Assembly (NCBI GenBank): GCA_963795125.1
Contig: CAWCGQ010000001.1
Location: forward strand, 1,623,024-1,687,023
From: an uncultured Acidimicrobiia bacterium
Lineage (GTDB): Bacteria; Acidobacteriota; Vicinamibacteria; Vicinamibacterales; UBA2999
DNA length: 64,000 nucleotides
Direction: 5' to 3'
The notes beneath the pieces were generated by a model, which saw only the letters and a program-made list of their open reading frames with translations, did no database searches and was not told the DNA's origin. Below are positions 62,483 to 64,000 of the stretch, piece after piece (the first letter of the stretch is position 1; each line of letters begins with the position of its first letter). A program made the position numbers and the translations under genes.

Positions 62483-63361
62483 GTGCCAGCGCGTGCCCAT
62501 CCGAAACCCTACGCCGAGCTCGTGCGCGGCCGAACCCGGCTGCGGTTCTTTCACGGCGACGCCATCGAGACCCTGAACGCGCTCTCCCCCGGGTCCGTCG
62601 ACGCGCTCGTCACCTCCCCTCCTTACAATCTTGGCATCCAGTACCGCTCCTACGATGACGGCCGTCCGCGCTCGGAGTATCTGCAGTGGACCGGCGAGTG
62701 GGTGGCGGCGGCCAAGCGGGCGCTGTCGTCAGACGGGTCGCTGTTCCTGAACGTCGGCGCCAAGCCCAAAGACCCGTGGACCGCGCTCGACGTCGCACAG
62801 GCGGTGCGGCCCCATCTGGAGCTCCAGAACATCATTCACTGGGTGAAGTCGATCGCGATTGAAAAGGCGCTGGCCGGATCGCGCGCCGGGCTCGCCGATG
62901 ACATCGCCGTCGGTCATTACAAACCCATCAACAGCCGGCGTTTTCTCAACGATTGCCACGAGTTCGTGTTCCACTTCAGCCACACCGGCGACACTCCGCT
63001 CGACCGGCTGGCCGTCGGCGTGAAATACCAGGACCCGTCCAACGTGACGCGGTGGCGGCAGGCGGGGGCGGGCGTGCGCTGCCGCGGCAACACCTGGTTC
63101 CTGCCCTACGACACCATCCAGAACCGCGACAAGGAGCGGCCCCATCCGGCCACCTTCCCGTGGCGGCTGCCGGCCTATTGCCTCAAGCTGCACGGCCTGC
63201 CGCGGGTCAGGCTCGCCGCCGATCCGTTCCTGGGACTGGGGAGTTCGGCGGTCGCCTGCGCCACGCTCGGGGTCAACTTCGTCGGCATCGAAGTCGACGG
63301 GCATTACCTGAAGGAGGCCATCGCCCGCACCAAGGCCGCGATCGACCACGCAGCAAAATAG
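62483..63361 (+). CDS. Beta-class (motif IV before motif I) DNA methyltransferase, N4-cytosine or N6-adenine; apparently solitary
   Basis: Motif IV LVTSPPYN near the N-terminus. Motif I DPFLGLGSSAVACATLG near the C-terminus. HPATFPWRLP. GTG start. Confidence 0.8.
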   Translation: MPARAHPKPYAELVRGRTRLRFFHGDAIETLNALSPGSVDALVTSPPYNLGIQYRSYDDGRPRSEYLQWTGEWVAAAKRALSSDGSLFLNVGAKPKDPWTALDVAQAVRPHLELQNIIHWVKSIAIEKALAGSRAGLADDIAVGHYKPINSRRFLNDCHEFVFHFSHTGDTPLDRLAVGVKYQDPSNVTRWRQAGAGVRCRGNTWFLPYDTIQNRDKERPHPATFPWRLPAYCLKLHGLPRVRLAADPFLGLGSSAVACATLGVNFVGIEVDGHYLKEAIARTKAAIDHAAK

Positions 63362-63420
63362 TCCCCCTTGAATCCATCTCTCCAGCAGATGTATGCTCCT
63401 ATGCATTCCTGGAGACCTTA

Positions 63421-64000
63421 GTGGACCTTCGACAACTAGAAATCATACGTGCCATCGCTGAAACAGGTTCCTTCACGGCCGCGGGCCACAAGCTCCACGT
63501 CTCGCAGTCGGCCATCAGCCGGCAGATTCTGTTGCTCGAAGATGAACTGAAAGAGCCGGTCTTCCTGCGCGTCGGACGGCGCATCCGCATTACCCCCGCC
63601 GGCGAATCCCTGCTGCAGTTGAGCCACCGCGTGTTCCAGGACCTCAAGGACACCACCGCGGGCATTACCGACAGCCAGGAATCGCTGCGCGGCACCATCC
63701 GCCTGCTCGGTGGCATGACCGTCTGCCTGTATGTGTTTCCGCCGCTGCTCACCGAGTTGAAGCGGCAGCATCCGGCGATCGACTTGAAACTCGTGACCGG
63801 CAGCTCCGAGCGGTGCATCGCGCAGCTGCGTGCCGGCGCCGGCGATCTGGCGCTGCTGACGCTGCCGGTCGAGCAGCCCGACCTCGTCACGGTGCCGGTC
63901 CTGCAGGAGGAACTGCTGGTCGTGACCGCGGCGAAGCACCCGCTGTCGCGCAAGCGCAAGGTGGTGCCCCAGGATCTGGTCGGTCAGCCGTTCGTGCTGT
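63421..64000 (+). CDS. LysR-family transcriptional regulator, 5' partial (runs off window)
   Basis: GTG start. VDLRQLEIIRAIAETGSFTAAGHKLHVSQSAISRQILLLEDELKEPVFLRVGRRIRITPAGE is the LysR wHTH, followed by the substrate-binding domain (GTIRLLGGMTV..). It is not in the ORF track because no stop occurs before the window end. Confidence 0.85.
   Translation, partial: MDLRQLEIIRAIAETGSFTAAGHKLHVSQSAISRQILLLEDELKEPVFLRVGRRIRITPAGESLLQLSHRVFQDLKDTTAGITDSQESLRGTIRLLGGMTVCLYVFPPLLTELKRQHPAIDLKLVTGSSERCIAQLRAGAGDLALLTLPVEQPDLVTVPVLQEELLVVTAAKHPLSRKRKVVPQDLVGQPFVL

Overview
Visibly high-GC chromosomal segment, most consistent with an Acidobacteriota genome. That placement is an inference from three CarboxypepD_reg-type TonB-dependent receptors and ATPase-less FtsX/MacB-type permeases. 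I can support about 55 protein genes plus one tRNA-Pro(GGG).

Layout:
- 0.8-14.5 kb: minus-strand housekeeping block (tsaC/sua5, DUF3810, merR-like, der, priA, udg, coaBC, gmk, yicC, msbA-like), with a plus-strand HU/IHF gene and an M50 protease.
- 14.5-24.7 kb: divergent sugar-nucleotide and glycosyltransferase cluster (galE, ugd, four GT4, one GT2, a WbaP-like priming transferase, UDP-xylose synthase).
- 24.7-31.0 kb: DEAD-box helicase, then a tightly coupled set of a CarH-like B12-binding module, SRPBCC, a MacA-like adaptor and two orphan permeases.
- 31-46 kb: housekeeping genes (pgsA, TPR-SLH lipoprotein, hflX, MFS, glpX, DUF62 SAM hydrolase, methyltransferase-fold protein, bactofilin, cysteine desulfurase, mnmA, trxB, trxA, glgA, FdhE-like, S11 carboxypeptidase).
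- 46.9-58.5 kb: NarL-type two-component system and three TonB-dependent receptors.
- 58.7-61.9 kb: fused membrane/spermidine-synthase-like/TPR protein.
- 62.2-63.4 kb: small Cys/His ORF plus an SPPY DNA methyltransferase, then a partial LysR gene.

I found no integrase, transposase, cas genes, reverse transcriptase or recognisable defence or toxin genes.

Two things dominate the hunt:
1. Many clearly essential genes need repeated single-base frame corrections, clustered in 0.8-19 kb, 26.0-26.8 kb and 49.7-56.4 kb. This looks like consensus indel error rather than gene decay. Gene ends and pseudogene calls in those stretches are therefore soft.
2. Four loci carry short-unit (7-8 nt) tandem arrays, mostly arranged as inverted repeats: 40.05, 45.05, 58.6 and 59.3 kb. 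One sits in frame inside a long ORF, and two supply the stop codons of flanking genes. Standard feature types do not explain these, and I consider them the most novel signal here.

The CarH-like module with a decayed DNA-binding head in front of an ATPase-less efflux-type operon is the best gene-level candidate for something undescribed. I cannot claim a complete new system from sequence alone.
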